The notes under the pieces were generated by a model that worked only from the letters and a program-made list of their open reading frames with translations, did no database searches and was not told the DNA's origin. A stretch of DNA of 64,000 bases. It comes from Mycobacteriaceae bacterium (GTDB taxonomy: Bacteria; Actinomycetota; Actinomycetes; Mycobacteriales; Mycobacteriaceae). Every line of letters begins with the position of its first letter. The first letter of the stretch is position 1. Made by a program: the position numbers and the translations under genes. This document shows, piece after piece, positions 20,086 to 31,479 of this stretch. Where the stretch lies: contig JBAXIR010000001.1 of NCBI GenBank assembly GCA_037138275.1, forward strand, positions 9,916 to 73,915, written 5' to 3'.

Positions 20086-20145
20086 TCGATGCCTTCGCTG
20101 TAGGGTTGCAACCGATGAATGACAAATCCACCGACTGATGACTTC

Positions 20146-20496
20146 ATGAATACTCTCTATCAAACACTGAAGCCACTGTCGGCCATACTCTTCCTTTACT
20201 ACGGCGCGGCCGTACTGTTTTCCAACGCGATGGTGGCCGAGTTCGAACAATTCGGACTACCCAACTTCCGCAAACTCACCGGCGTCCTCGAATTACTCGG
20301 TGCTGCCGGGCTCATCGCCGGCTACTTCATACCGCCACTGGTGATTGCCGCGTCCGGTGGCTTGGCCCTGTTGATGGCCCTCGGCCTGGCCGTCCGCTTT
20401 CGGTCCAGGTCAACGCTGCCGGACTCCCTGGCAGCCCTGGCAATGTTGCTGATAAACCTGTTCATCTGTACCTACGCGCTGGGGCTTTTTTCCTAG
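20146..20496 (+). CDS. DoxX-like membrane protein
   Basis: EFEQFGLPNFRKLTGVLELLGAAGL motif; four TM helices. Confidence 0.75.
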   Translation: MNTLYQTLKPLSAILFLYYGAAVLFSNAMVAEFEQFGLPNFRKLTGVLELLGAAGLIAGYFIPPLVIAASGGLALLMALGLAVRFRSRSTLPDSLAALAMLLINLFICTYALGLFS

Positions 20497-20538
20497 CCGC
20501 GTAGGAAAACCCGTAATCGCTGAAGAATTCCCTGCCAA

Positions 20539-21402
20539 CTAGTCGTCGGCGGTGGCGCGGCCCACGATCAGCGGGTCGGGTTCGCCGACGATGTCATGGT
20601 CCTTGTTGTCGTAGTCGAACTTGCTGAGCACGTGACGCATTGCGTTGACGCGGGCCCGTTTCTTGTCGTTGCTCTTGATGACGGTCCACGGCGCGACCTC
20701 GGTGTCGGTCCAGGTGAACATGTCCTCCTTGGCCGCGGTATAGGCGTCCCACTTATCCAGCGAGGCCAGGTCCGTGGGCGAGAGCTTCCACTGCCGGACC
20801 GGATCAACGTGGCGGATGGTGAAGCGGGTGCGCTGCTCAGAAGGCGATACCGAGAACCACAGTTTGGTGAGGCTGATCGCGTCGTTGACGAGCATCTGCT
20901 CGAAAAGCGGTGCCTGCCGGACGAATTCGGCGTGTTGCTTGGGCGTGCAGAAGCCCATGACCCGCTCGACACCGGCCCGGTTGTACCAGGATCGGTCGAA
21001 CATCACGATCTCACCGGCAGCCGGCAGATGGTGGACGTAGCGCTGGAAGTACCACTGGGTGCGTTCCTTCTCGGTCGGCTTCTCCAGGGCGACCACCCGC
21101 GCGCCGCGCGGGTTGAGATGCTCCATGAACCGCTTGATGGTGCCGCCCTTGCCCGCGGCGTCGCGGCCCTCGAACACCAGAACGTGCCGCAGGCCGTTGG
21201 CCTGGGTCCACTTCTGCAGTTTGAGCAACTCGATCTGCAGGAGGCGCTTCTGCTCCTCGTATTCGGGGCGGCTCATGCGCTCCTCGTACGGGTAGTTCTC
21301 CCGCCAGGTGTCGACGGGGGCTCCGGTGGAATCGATCAGTACCGGGTCGTCATCGTCGTCGTCGAAGACGGAGAAACCTTTTTCAAACGGTGTCGTGGTC
21401 AC
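20539..21402 (-). CDS. ppk2: Polyphosphate kinase 2 (class I)
   Basis: FEGRDAAGKGG, FDRSWYNRAG, RQWKLSP. Confidence 0.95.
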   Translation of the reverse strand: MTTTPFEKGFSVFDDDDDDPVLIDSTGAPVDTWRENYPYEERMSRPEYEEQKRLLQIELLKLQKWTQANGLRHVLVFEGRDAAGKGGTIKRFMEHLNPRGARVVALEKPTEKERTQWYFQRYVHHLPAAGEIVMFDRSWYNRAGVERVMGFCTPKQHAEFVRQAPLFEQMLVNDAISLTKLWFSVSPSEQRTRFTIRHVDPVRQWKLSPTDLASLDKWDAYTAAKEDMFTWTDTEVAPWTVIKSNDKKRARVNAMRHVLSKFDYDNKDHDIVGEPDPLIVGRATADD

Positions 21403-21437
21403 GCGCGCGAAGTTAGCCCGTTAGGGCAACGGCTGGG

Positions 21438-22073
21438 TTACCGGAAGGTGAACGGACGTAGACGCCGCACTCGGCGCAGGACCGCCGCGGCCAGGCACAC
21501 CAGCGAGGTACCCAACAGCACCGAGCCCACCGAATCGGTGAAGTAGTGGTAGGCGGTGGCCTGGCCCAGGATTCCCAGCGCGGCGAATACCCCGACCGCT
21601 GCCAGGACCCAGCGCCGCGTACCCACCGCGAGCAGCAGCATGCCCAGTGCCACGACCATGAGCGTGGTGTGTCCACTCGGATAGGCCAGCGCATCGCCCT
21701 TCACCCTGCCGAACAGTGGCTTGAGCGCCTGACTCGCCCACACCCCGAGGTAGGGCGCCAGCACAATCATCGGAAGTAATGCCCACAGCCGACGGAAGAC
21801 CGCCACGCCCAGCGAGCCGAGCAACACCGCACTGACGGTGCGGGGGTCGGTGAAGAACAGCAGTGAATTCAGCGGGCCACCCCTGGCCTGCTGAAAAAAC
21901 CCGTCGATCGGCGCCGCGCCCTCGCGGACGCCGAACCCGAGCAGCACCATCAACGGCATGCCGACGAACGGCCACCCCAGCAGCGCCCTGTCGATCAGTT
22001 CGCGGTCCTCCAGACACAGGCCCGTCCCGTGCACCACATGGTATTGGCCAACCGGGGAGTTTTCCGGGAGCAC
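21438..22073 (-). CDS. PAP2-superfamily membrane phosphatase-like protein
   Basis: KPLFGR, YPSGH and YHYFTDS motifs. True start uncertain, possibly CTG 21998. Confidence 0.75.
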   Translation of the reverse strand: MLPENSPVGQYHVVHGTGLCLEDRELIDRALLGWPFVGMPLMVLLGFGVREGAAPIDGFFQQARGGPLNSLLFFTDPRTVSAVLLGSLGVAVFRRLWALLPMIVLAPYLGVWASQALKPLFGRVKGDALAYPSGHTTLMVVALGMLLLAVGTRRWVLAAVGVFAALGILGQATAYHYFTDSVGSVLLGTSLVCLAAAVLRRVRRLRPFTFR

Positions 22074-22100
22074 GCACCGGAACGTCGTAATCTGACTGCC

Positions 22101-23822
22101 ATGAGCTATGACCTGGTCATCCGGAACGGCACGATCGTCGACGGCCTCGGTGGTGAGCCGTACCGCGGGGACATCGCGGTGTCCGACGGCGTCATCGTCG
22201 CGATCGGCACCGTCGGTGGATCCGGCACCCGCGAGATCGACGCCGACGGGCTACTCGTCACGCCCGGATTCGTGGACCTGCACACCCACTACGACGGCCA
22301 GGCGATCTGGTCGGAGCGGATGAGCCCGTCATCGTCACACGGTGTCACCACGGCGGTGATGGGTAACTGCGGAGTGGGCTTCGCGCCCTGCCGGCCCGAG
22401 GACCACGACGTGCTGGTGGATGTGATGGCCGGTGTCGAGGACATCCCCGGCGTGGTGATGACCGACGGACTGCCGTGGGACTGGGAGACCTTTCCGCAAT
22501 ACCTGGACGCCCTGGAGGGCCGCCGCCGCGATATCGACGTGGCGGCCTACCTGCCGCACTCGCCACTGCGGGTGTACGTGATGGGCCAGCGCGGCGCGGA
22601 CCGTGAACCCGCGACGCCGGAGGACCTGGCGCTGATGCGCACGTTGGCGGCAGAGGCGATCGAGGTTGGCGCACTGGGTGTTTCGTCATCGCGATTCGCG
22701 TTCCACAAGACCGGCAGTGGCGAACCCATCCCGACCTATGACGCCTCTTACGACGAGATCGCCGCGATCGTCGGCGGGATGGCCGACGGCGGTGGCGGCC
22801 TGCTGCAGTTCATTCCGGACCTTCCGGCCGGCGGTTACGAACCGGTGCTGCAGCAGGTGTTCGAGGCGGCGGCCGACGCCGGGGTGCCGGTCACCTTCAC
22901 CCTGACGACCGGCAACTCCGGTGATCCGATCTGGCCGGGCGCGGTGAACCTGATCGAGAAGTTCAGGGCCTCCGGTGCCGAGATCACCGCACAGGTTTTC
23001 GCCCGGCCGATCGGCCTGGTGATCGGCTTGGAGCTGACCGCAAACCCGTTCGTGCTGTACCCGAGCTACCAGGAGATCGCTGATCTGCCACTGCCCGAGC
23101 GGGTGGCCGAGATGCGCAAATCGCAAGTGCGCGCGCGCATTCTGGCCGATAAGCCCGGGGTGGGGCATCCGTTCATGTACTTCGCGCAGTCCTGGGAGTG
23201 GATGTTCCCGTTCACCGAACCGGCGAACTACGAGCCCGCCGCTCAGGACAGCATCCTGGCCAGGGCGGCAGCCCGCGGGGTCAGCCCACTCGAGGAGGCC
23301 TACGACCGCCTGCTCGACGACGACGGGCACGCCATGATGATGGTGGCGCTGGCCAACTACGAGAACAATTCGCTGGACACCGTCGCCGAATTGATGCTCC
23401 GCGACGATGTGGTGCTGGGCCTGGGCGATGGCGGCGCGCACTACGGCATGATCTGCGATGCCAGCTATCCGACCTTCGTGCTGGCGCACTGGGCGCGCGA
23501 CCGTGCCTCGGGCCGGCTCAGCGTGGCCGAGGCGGTACGCCGGTTGACGTCGGTGCCCGCGCGGGTGGCCGGGCTATCCGACCGCGGCCGAATCGCGTTG
23601 GGCTACAAGGGTGATCTCAATGTCATCGATCACGAGGGGCTCAGCCTGCATCGGCCTGTCATCGCCCACGACCTGCCCGGTGGCGGACGCCGCCTCGACC
23701 AGAGCGCCGACGGCTACGTCGCGACCGTGGTCTCCGGTGAGGTGATCGCCGAGAACGGCGTGCCGACCGCGGCCCGGCCGGGTCGGCTGATCCGCGGGCG
23801 GCAGCCGGCACCGGTCGCCTAG
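22101..23822 (+). CDS. N-acyl-D-amino-acid deacylase family amidohydrolase
   Basis: DLVIRNGTIVDG, PGFVDLHTHYD, GNCGVGFAP, GLGDGGAH. Confidence 0.92.
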   Translation: MSYDLVIRNGTIVDGLGGEPYRGDIAVSDGVIVAIGTVGGSGTREIDADGLLVTPGFVDLHTHYDGQAIWSERMSPSSSHGVTTAVMGNCGVGFAPCRPEDHDVLVDVMAGVEDIPGVVMTDGLPWDWETFPQYLDALEGRRRDIDVAAYLPHSPLRVYVMGQRGADREPATPEDLALMRTLAAEAIEVGALGVSSSRFAFHKTGSGEPIPTYDASYDEIAAIVGGMADGGGGLLQFIPDLPAGGYEPVLQQVFEAAADAGVPVTFTLTTGNSGDPIWPGAVNLIEKFRASGAEITAQVFARPIGLVIGLELTANPFVLYPSYQEIADLPLPERVAEMRKSQVRARILADKPGVGHPFMYFAQSWEWMFPFTEPANYEPAAQDSILARAAARGVSPLEEAYDRLLDDDGHAMMMVALANYENNSLDTVAELMLRDDVVLGLGDGGAHYGMICDASYPTFVLAHWARDRASGRLSVAEAVRRLTSVPARVAGLSDRGRIALGYKGDLNVIDHEGLSLHRPVIAHDLPGGGRRLDQSADGYVATVVSGEVIAENGVPTAARPGRLIRGRQPAPVA

Positions 23823-23851
23823 TCGGTCCGCAGCTTACTCACCTCACCCCC

Positions 23852-23911
23852 GTCGCCGACTGTGCGGTTTTGCGCGGGACACGCTGTGTCTGTGCAGAAA
23901 TCCGCACAGTC
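23852..23911 (+). repeat. 60-bp imperfect palindrome (REP-like), left copy
   Basis: Perfect 11-bp stem CGACTGTGCGG (23857-23867) / CCGCACAGTCG (23902-23912), with imperfect pairing continuing inward. Confidence 0.88.
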
Positions 23912-23949
23912 GACTGGGCAGCGTCGGTGCCCGATGGCAGCCTCCGCCT

Positions 23950-24766
23950 ATGGAGGATGGCTGGCCCTTCCGGGGTGCAGAGGCGGTCGAAGCGGGCCGG
24001 GTGTCGGCCGGTCAGCTCCGGAAGTTCTACACCGCGATTTACCCCGGCGTATACGCGCCGCGGGGTGTGGAGCTATCGCCGATTCAGCGGGCCCGCGCCG
24101 GCTGGCTCTGGTCACGCCAGCAGGGCGTAGTCGCGGGCCTGTCGGCGTCAGCCATGCTGGGCTCGAAATGGGTCGAGCCGACATTGCCCGCCGAGCTCGT
24201 GCACGTCAATCGACGCACTCCCGCGATGCTGACCGTCCACAGCTACACGCTTCTGCCCTGCGAGGCAATTGAACTCGACGGCATGATGGTGACGACCGCT
24301 GCTCGCACCGCGTTCGACATAGGTCGGCGTCTACCGCTGACCAAGTCCGTACAACGACTTGATGCGTTGATGCGCGCGACGAAACTGAAAGTCGCCGATG
24401 TCGAAGAAGTCATCGCCGGTCACCCCGGGGTCCGCGGACTCTCGTCGCTGCGGAGGACCCTTGACTTCGTAGACGGTGGAGCGGAGTCCCCGTATGAGTC
24501 GCTAACCAGACTGACCTTGATCCGAGCGGGTCTGCCAGCGCCAGAGACGCAGCTTCGCGTCGATGACGAGTCAGGTTTCCCGGTGGCATACCTCGATATG
24601 GGGTGGCGGGAGCGCCGCCTGGGCGTGGAGTTCGACGGCGCTCAGCACTGGACCGATGCACAACCTGGAATCACTGGGCTGGCGGATCATTCGGGTCAGC
24701 AGTGACATGCTTCGCACGCCGGCGGTGATCATCGCCCGCGTCCGCGCAGCCCTCGAATCAGGGTGA
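23950..24766 (+). pseudogene. DUF559/Vsr-like nuclease-family gene (Rv3517/Rv1482c/Rv3555c-like), frameshifted near 24660
   Basis: Frame 1 encodes VTTAARTAFD, AESPYES, LDMGW and VEFDGAQHWTD. The conserved end LESLGWRIIRV...IARVRAAL continues in another frame (ORF 24563-24766). Confidence 0.85.
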
Positions 24767-24824
24767 GTGTGCGGATTTCTTAGGGCCGACGGCGTGTCAC
24801 GCATGAAACCGCACAGTCGCCGAG
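24765..24824 (-). repeat. 60-bp imperfect palindrome (REP-like), right copy, inverted
   Basis: Its reverse complement aligns without gaps to 23852-23911 at 44/60 identity (hand count). Confidence 0.85.
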
Positions 24825-24843
24825 CAGATCCGGCATGGGTGCA

Positions 24844-24883
24844 CGAAAAAGCCCGACTCGCGAAAGCGAGCCGGGCTTTTTCG
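24844..24883. terminator. Bidirectional intrinsic terminator downstream of groEL2
   Basis: CGAAAAAGCCCG-ACTCGC-GAAA-GCGAG-CCGGGCTTTTTCG hairpin with A and T tracts on either side. Confidence 0.9.
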
Positions 24884-24892
24884 CAAAGGGAC

Positions 24893-26611
<1,719 letters not shown>

Positions 26612-26624
26612 TCACCGTCCCGAC

Positions 26625-26651
26625 CTAGCACTCACCGGTCGTGAGTGCCAA
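26625..26651. promoter_or_regulatory. CIRCE element (HrcA site) 1
   Basis: CTAGCACTC-N9-GAGTGCCAA. Confidence 0.92.
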
Positions 26652-26659
26652 CACTATTT

Positions 26660-26686
26660 CTAGCACTCGCCCATGCCGAGTGCAAG
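26660..26686. promoter_or_regulatory. CIRCE element (HrcA site) 2
   Basis: CTAGCACTC-N9-GAGTGCAAG. Confidence 0.88.
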
Positions 26687-26790
26687 ATTGTTCACCCAGG
26701 GTGTACCCCCTCTTCGACACGCGTTCGTGGCGCAGTCCGCTCGGATGGGATTGCATTAGAGTCCGACTCGGTCAGAAGGGAGGCCTGCGG

Positions 26791-28476
26791 GTGCGGGCAG
26801 TCGAAGCGCCCAGCACGCAGGCATTGCGGGGCTGGCAGCGGCGGGCCCTAGTGCGCTATCTGACCGCCAGGCCGCGCGACTTTCTGCTGGTGGCAACGCC
26901 GGGAGCCGGAAAGACAGCGTTCGCCCTGCGCATCGCGGGCGAATTGCTGGCCGACGGCACCGTGGAGCGCATCACCGTCGTGGTGCCCACCGAACACCTC
27001 AAAACCCAGTGGGCCGGCGCGGGTGCGGCGGCCGGGATCTCGCTGGATCCGCGGTTCTCCAACTCCAATGCGACCACCTCGGATGACTATCACGGTGTCG
27101 TGGTGACCTACGCCCAGGTGGCCAGCCATCCGACGCGGCATCGGGTGCGCACCGAGAATCGGCGCACGCTGGTGATCTTCGATGAGATTCACCACGGCGG
27201 GGATGCCAAGAGTTGGGGTGAGGGCATCCGGGAGGCGTTCTCCGACGCGACCCGCCGACTAGGACTTACCGGTACGCCGTTCCGTAGTGACGACAGCGCC
27301 ATTCCGTTCGTCAGCTACGAAGCGGACGCTGCGGGCTTCCGACACTCCAGGGCCGATCACACCTACGGCTACTCCGACGCGCTCACCGACGCAGTGGTTC
27401 GCCCGGTGGTCTTCCTGGCCTACTCCGGCGAGGCCCGCTGGCGTAACAACGCCGGCGAGGAATTCGCCGCCCGACTCGGTGAGCCGCTGAGCGCAGAACA
27501 GACGGCGCGCGCCTGGCGGACCGCACTGGATCCGGACGGCGAATGGATGCCCGCGGTCATCAGTGCGGCCGACACCCGGCTGAGCCAGCTGCGCGACGGC
27601 GGCATGCCGGATGCCGGCGGCATGGTGATCGCCTCCGACCAGAATGCCGCGCGCGCCTATGCCGCACTGCTGACTGCCATCACCGGCGAATCCCCGACGC
27701 TGGTGCTCTCCGACGATCCCGGATCCTCGGACCGGATCAGCGCATTCGAGGCGGGAACGAGCCGCTGGCTGGTTGCGGTGCGGATGGTCTCCGAAGGCGT
27801 CGACGTGCCGCGCCTGGCGGTGGGTGTGTACGCCACCAGTGCCGCCACGCCTCTGTTTTTCGCCCAGGCGATCGGCCGATTCGTCCGCTCCCGGACGCAA
27901 GGAGAGACCGCGAGCATCTTCCTGCCGTCGGTGCCGTCGCTGTTGCAGTTGGCCAGTGAACTCGAGGCGCAGCGCGACCATGTGCTGGGCAAGCCTCACC
28001 GCGAGTCGCTCGGCTTCGACGAGGTCGACGATCGTCAGCGCACCGAGCCGACCGATTCCGATAACGGATTCGAGTTCCTGGGCTCCGACGCCGAACTGGA
28101 TCAGGTGATCTTCGACGGCTCATCGTTCGGCACCGCCACACCCGCCGGCAGCGCCGAGGAGGCGGACTATCTCGGCATCCCCGGTCTCCTCGACACCGCG
28201 CAGATGCGAGACCTGCTGCGCCGCAGGCAAGACGAGCAACTGGCGACGCGGTCGGCCTCCGGACTGCCCGTGCGGGTATCCACCCACGGACAGTTGCGTG
28301 ATCTTCGGCGCGAGCTCAACACCCTCGTGTCGGCGATACATCACCGCACCGGCAGGTCGCACGGCTGGATTCACAACGAGTTGCGCCGAGTGTGCGGTGG
28401 CCCGCCGGTTGCGGCCGCCAACAGCGATCAGCTGCAGGAACGCATTGAGAATCTGCGCGGTTGGCGCAGCGCCTGA
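26791..28476 (+). CDS. SF2 DEAD/DEAH-box helicase (Rv2917-like)
   Basis: ATPGAGKT, DEIHH, TGTPFRSD, SEGVDVP, QAIGRFVR; GGAGG RBS before GTG 26791. Confidence 0.9.
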   Translation: MRAVEAPSTQALRGWQRRALVRYLTARPRDFLLVATPGAGKTAFALRIAGELLADGTVERITVVVPTEHLKTQWAGAGAAAGISLDPRFSNSNATTSDDYHGVVVTYAQVASHPTRHRVRTENRRTLVIFDEIHHGGDAKSWGEGIREAFSDATRRLGLTGTPFRSDDSAIPFVSYEADAAGFRHSRADHTYGYSDALTDAVVRPVVFLAYSGEARWRNNAGEEFAARLGEPLSAEQTARAWRTALDPDGEWMPAVISAADTRLSQLRDGGMPDAGGMVIASDQNAARAYAALLTAITGESPTLVLSDDPGSSDRISAFEAGTSRWLVAVRMVSEGVDVPRLAVGVYATSAATPLFFAQAIGRFVRSRTQGETASIFLPSVPSLLQLASELEAQRDHVLGKPHRESLGFDEVDDRQRTEPTDSDNGFEFLGSDAELDQVIFDGSSFGTATPAGSAEEADYLGIPGLLDTAQMRDLLRRRQDEQLATRSASGLPVRVSTHGQLRDLRRELNTLVSAIHHRTGRSHGWIHNELRRVCGGPPVAAANSDQLQERIENLRGWRSA

Positions 28477-28477
28477 A

Positions 28478-29278
28478 TTACAGCCCCAGTAGCGCCGGAA
28501 GACCAGCAACCGAGTCGATGACGTGATTGGGTTGCATCGCGAATTCGTCTGCGGCCCAACGATCTAAGGTCTCCTGACGGAACTTCCCGGTTCGCACCAA
28601 CACGCCGGTCATGCCGACTACCTGAGCGGGTAGGACGTCGTTGTTGAGGTCATCGCCAACCATGTACGTCTCGTCGGGATCGACACCCAGCCGAGCGGCT
28701 GCGGCCTGGAATCCTGCTGGGGCGGGCTTTCCCACCGCGGTCACCGTGCGACCGGAGGCCTGCTCCATTCCGATCAGGTACATACCGGTGTCGATCAGCA
28801 GGCCCCCATCGGTCTCCCAGGCGGTGCTGCGGTGCATCGCCACCACCGGCACGCCGGAGGCCATCCACTCGTAGACCCGGCTCAGCGTCCGATGGTTGTA
28901 CTCCGGACCGGCGCCACCGAGCAGGATCACATCGGGTTTCGCGGCGTTCGCGGCGTCGCTGACAATGTCGAGGCCGGGCATATCGGCGGTGATGTCGCCA
29001 TTGTTGACCAGAAGGCATCGAGCACCCGGGTAGTGCGCGCGGACGTAATCGGCGGTCAGCACAGCGGCGGTGATCACCTCATCGGGCCGGACATTCATGC
29101 CGGCATCCGACAGCGCCGAGGAGATCTGCACTCGGGTCAGCGTCGTGGTGTTGGTGAGGTAGGAGCATGCGATCCGACGATCGGCGAGGACGCGCAGTGT
29201 CTCGACGGCGCCGGGGATGGCACGCCACGACGTCACCAGCACACCGTCGATGTCGAACACCACCGGGCCGACGGGCAT
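28478..29278 (-). CDS. HAD-IIA family hydrolase
   Basis: FDIDGVL, GKP and VGDD motifs. Confidence 0.92.
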   Translation of the reverse strand: MPVGPVVFDIDGVLVTSWRAIPGAVETLRVLADRRIACSYLTNTTTLTRVQISSALSDAGMNVRPDEVITAAVLTADYVRAHYPGARCLLVNNGDITADMPGLDIVSDAANAAKPDVILLGGAGPEYNHRTLSRVYEWMASGVPVVAMHRSTAWETDGGLLIDTGMYLIGMEQASGRTVTAVGKPAPAGFQAAAARLGVDPDETYMVGDDLNNDVLPAQVVGMTGVLVRTGKFRQETLDRWAADEFAMQPNHVIDSVAGLPALLGL

Positions 29279-29336
29279 GTCAATAGACCCTAGTGCTTGC
29301 CGCCGGGCCCACCGCGGCGGTGAGTATGTTCTAACC

Positions 29337-30251
29337 ATGACTTGGATTGAGAAAAACGTTCCCGACCAGAGCGGCCGGCTGGCCATCGTCACCGGCTCCA
29401 ACACCGGTCTCGGCTATGACAACGCACGAGCACTGGCCGCCCGCGGCGCGAAGGTGGTGATGGCGGTCCGCGACACCGCCAAGGGCGAGGAAGCTGCCGC
29501 CCGCATCCGGAAACTGACCCCGGGTGCCGAGGTCACGGTACACAAATTGGACCTGGGCTCGCTGACTTCGGTACGCACAGCAGGCGCCGAACTCGCCGCC
29601 GCCCACCCGCGCATCGACCTGCTGATCAACAACGCCGGCGTGATGTACCCGCCGAAGTCGACGACCGCGGACGGGTTCGAGCTGCAGTTTGGCACCAACC
29701 ACCTCGGCCACTTCGCGCTCACCGGACTCTTGCTGAAAAACCTTCTGCCGGTGGATAACTCCCGTGTCGTGGTAGTGGCCAGCATCGCCCACAAGATCAA
29801 GGCCAAGATCGACTTCGACGACCTGCACTGGGAGAAGCGCAGCTACGACAAGGTCGCCTCCTACGGCCAGTCCAAGCTGGCCAACCTGATGTTCGCCTAC
29901 GACCTGCAGCGGCGACTGGCCGCGGCCAAGGCCAAGACCATCGCGGTTGCCGCGCACCCCGGCGTGGCTGCCACAGAACTCAGCCGGCACGTCCCCGGCT
30001 ACGAACTGCCGGGCGTGGCGTGGCTGTTCGGCAAGGTGCTGAACACCTCTGAGGTCGGTGCACTCGCGACACTGCGTGCCGCGACCGACCCGAACGTCAA
30101 GGGTGGCCAGTACTGGGGTCCCGACGGCTTCCGGGAGATGCGCGGCTACCCCGAACTGGCGACGTCGAGCGAACAGTCCAGGGATGAGGCGATCCAGGAA
30201 CGACTCTGGAAGGTCTCCGAGGAACTCACCGGCGTCACCTATCCGGTATAG
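29337..30251 (+). CDS. SDR oxidoreductase (Rv0439c-like)
   Basis: TGSNTGLG, NNAG, YGQSK. Confidence 0.93.
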   Translation: MTWIEKNVPDQSGRLAIVTGSNTGLGYDNARALAARGAKVVMAVRDTAKGEEAAARIRKLTPGAEVTVHKLDLGSLTSVRTAGAELAAAHPRIDLLINNAGVMYPPKSTTADGFELQFGTNHLGHFALTGLLLKNLLPVDNSRVVVVASIAHKIKAKIDFDDLHWEKRSYDKVASYGQSKLANLMFAYDLQRRLAAAKAKTIAVAAHPGVAATELSRHVPGYELPGVAWLFGKVLNTSEVGALATLRAATDPNVKGGQYWGPDGFREMRGYPELATSSEQSRDEAIQERLWKVSEELTGVTYPV

Positions 30252-30262
30252 GGACTCCTCGG

Positions 30263-31468
30263 ATGCGTAGCGTGGCGGAGCATCAGCGCGTCGTCTCTGA
30301 GTTGATCACCGCACGCCCCGCTGTCACCGTCGGTCTGGTCGACGCTGCCGGACTGGTGCTCGCGCACGACGTGATCGCCGGGCTGTCGCTCCCGGTTTTC
30401 GATAACTCGTCGATGGACGGCTATGCGGTTCGCTACGACGACGTGACCGGGGCGAGTGTTGAGAACCCGGTGAAACTTCCTGTGGCCGAGGATATTCCGG
30501 CAGGCCGAACCGACGCACTCACGTTGGCGGCAGGCACGGCGCACCGGATCATGACCGGCGCGCCGATGCCCACGGGAGCAACGGCGGTGGTCGCCGTCGA
30601 GAGCACTGACGGCGGAGTCGAGACGGTCGCGATCACGGCAACTCCGAAGCCCGGGCAGCACATTCGTCGGGCCGGGGAGGATGTCGCAGCCGGCAGTACG
30701 GTACTGCACGCCGGGCAGGTCGTCGGGCCGGCCGCATTGGGCTTGGTGGCCGCGCTCGGAATCGGTGAACTGGAGGTCATTCCACGTCAGCGGGTGCTGG
30801 TGATCTCCACCGGATCGGAGTTGGTGGCGGCCGGAACTCCGCTGCGGCCGGGCCAGATCTATGAGTCCAACGCGGTGATGCTCGCCGCCGCGGTGCGCGA
30901 CGCCGGGGCCGAGGTGGTGGCCACGGTCACCTGTGACGACGACGCCGCGCGGTTCACCGCACTGCTCGACTCCTATGCGGATCGGACCGATCTGATCATC
31001 ACCTCAGGCGGCGTCAGCGCCGGGGCCTACGAGGTGGTCAAAGACGCCTTCGGCACCGGCGGTGGCGTCGAGTTCGTGAAGGTCGCGATGCAGCCCGGGA
31101 TGCCGCAGGGCGCGGGGCGAACCGCGACGGGCGCCGCGATCGTCACACTGCCCGGTAACCCGGTCAGCGCGCTGGTGTCCTTCGAGGTGTTCATCCGTCC
31201 CGCACTGCGCGCTGCGATGGGGTGCGCGCACCCACACCGCCCGGTATGCACCGCGGTGCTGGTCGAAGCGCTCACCTCACCGGCCGGCCGACGGCAGTTC
31301 CGCCGGGGTGTCTACGACCGCGACTCCGGGACCGTGGTCAGCTACGGCCCGCCCGCGTCGCACCACCTGCGCTGGCTGGCCTCGGCCGACTGCCTGCTCG
31401 ACATCAGCGAGGACGTCACCGCACTGGCCGTCGGTGAGCAGGTCGAACTGTGGGACCTGGCACCGTAG
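30263..31468 (+). CDS. moeA: Molybdopterin molybdotransferase
   Basis: [31 protein letters not shown]. Confidence 0.96.
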   Translation: MRSVAEHQRVVSELITARPAVTVGLVDAAGLVLAHDVIAGLSLPVFDNSSMDGYAVRYDDVTGASVENPVKLPVAEDIPAGRTDALTLAAGTAHRIMTGAPMPTGATAVVAVESTDGGVETVAITATPKPGQHIRRAGEDVAAGSTVLHAGQVVGPAALGLVAALGIGELEVIPRQRVLVISTGSELVAAGTPLRPGQIYESNAVMLAAAVRDAGAEVVATVTCDDDAARFTALLDSYADRTDLIITSGGVSAGAYEVVKDAFGTGGGVEFVKVAMQPGMPQGAGRTATGAAIVTLPGNPVSALVSFEVFIRPALRAAMGCAHPHRPVCTAVLVEALTSPAGRRQFRRGVYDRDSGTVVSYGPPASHHLRWLASADCLLDISEDVTALAVGEQVELWDLAP

Positions 31469-31479
31469 GATCATCCGTC

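Noticed and set aside
23852-24824. Classical IS element
   Set aside because: No DDE, HUH or serine-recombinase motifs and no target-site duplication seen; kept only as a REP-like cassette hypothesis.
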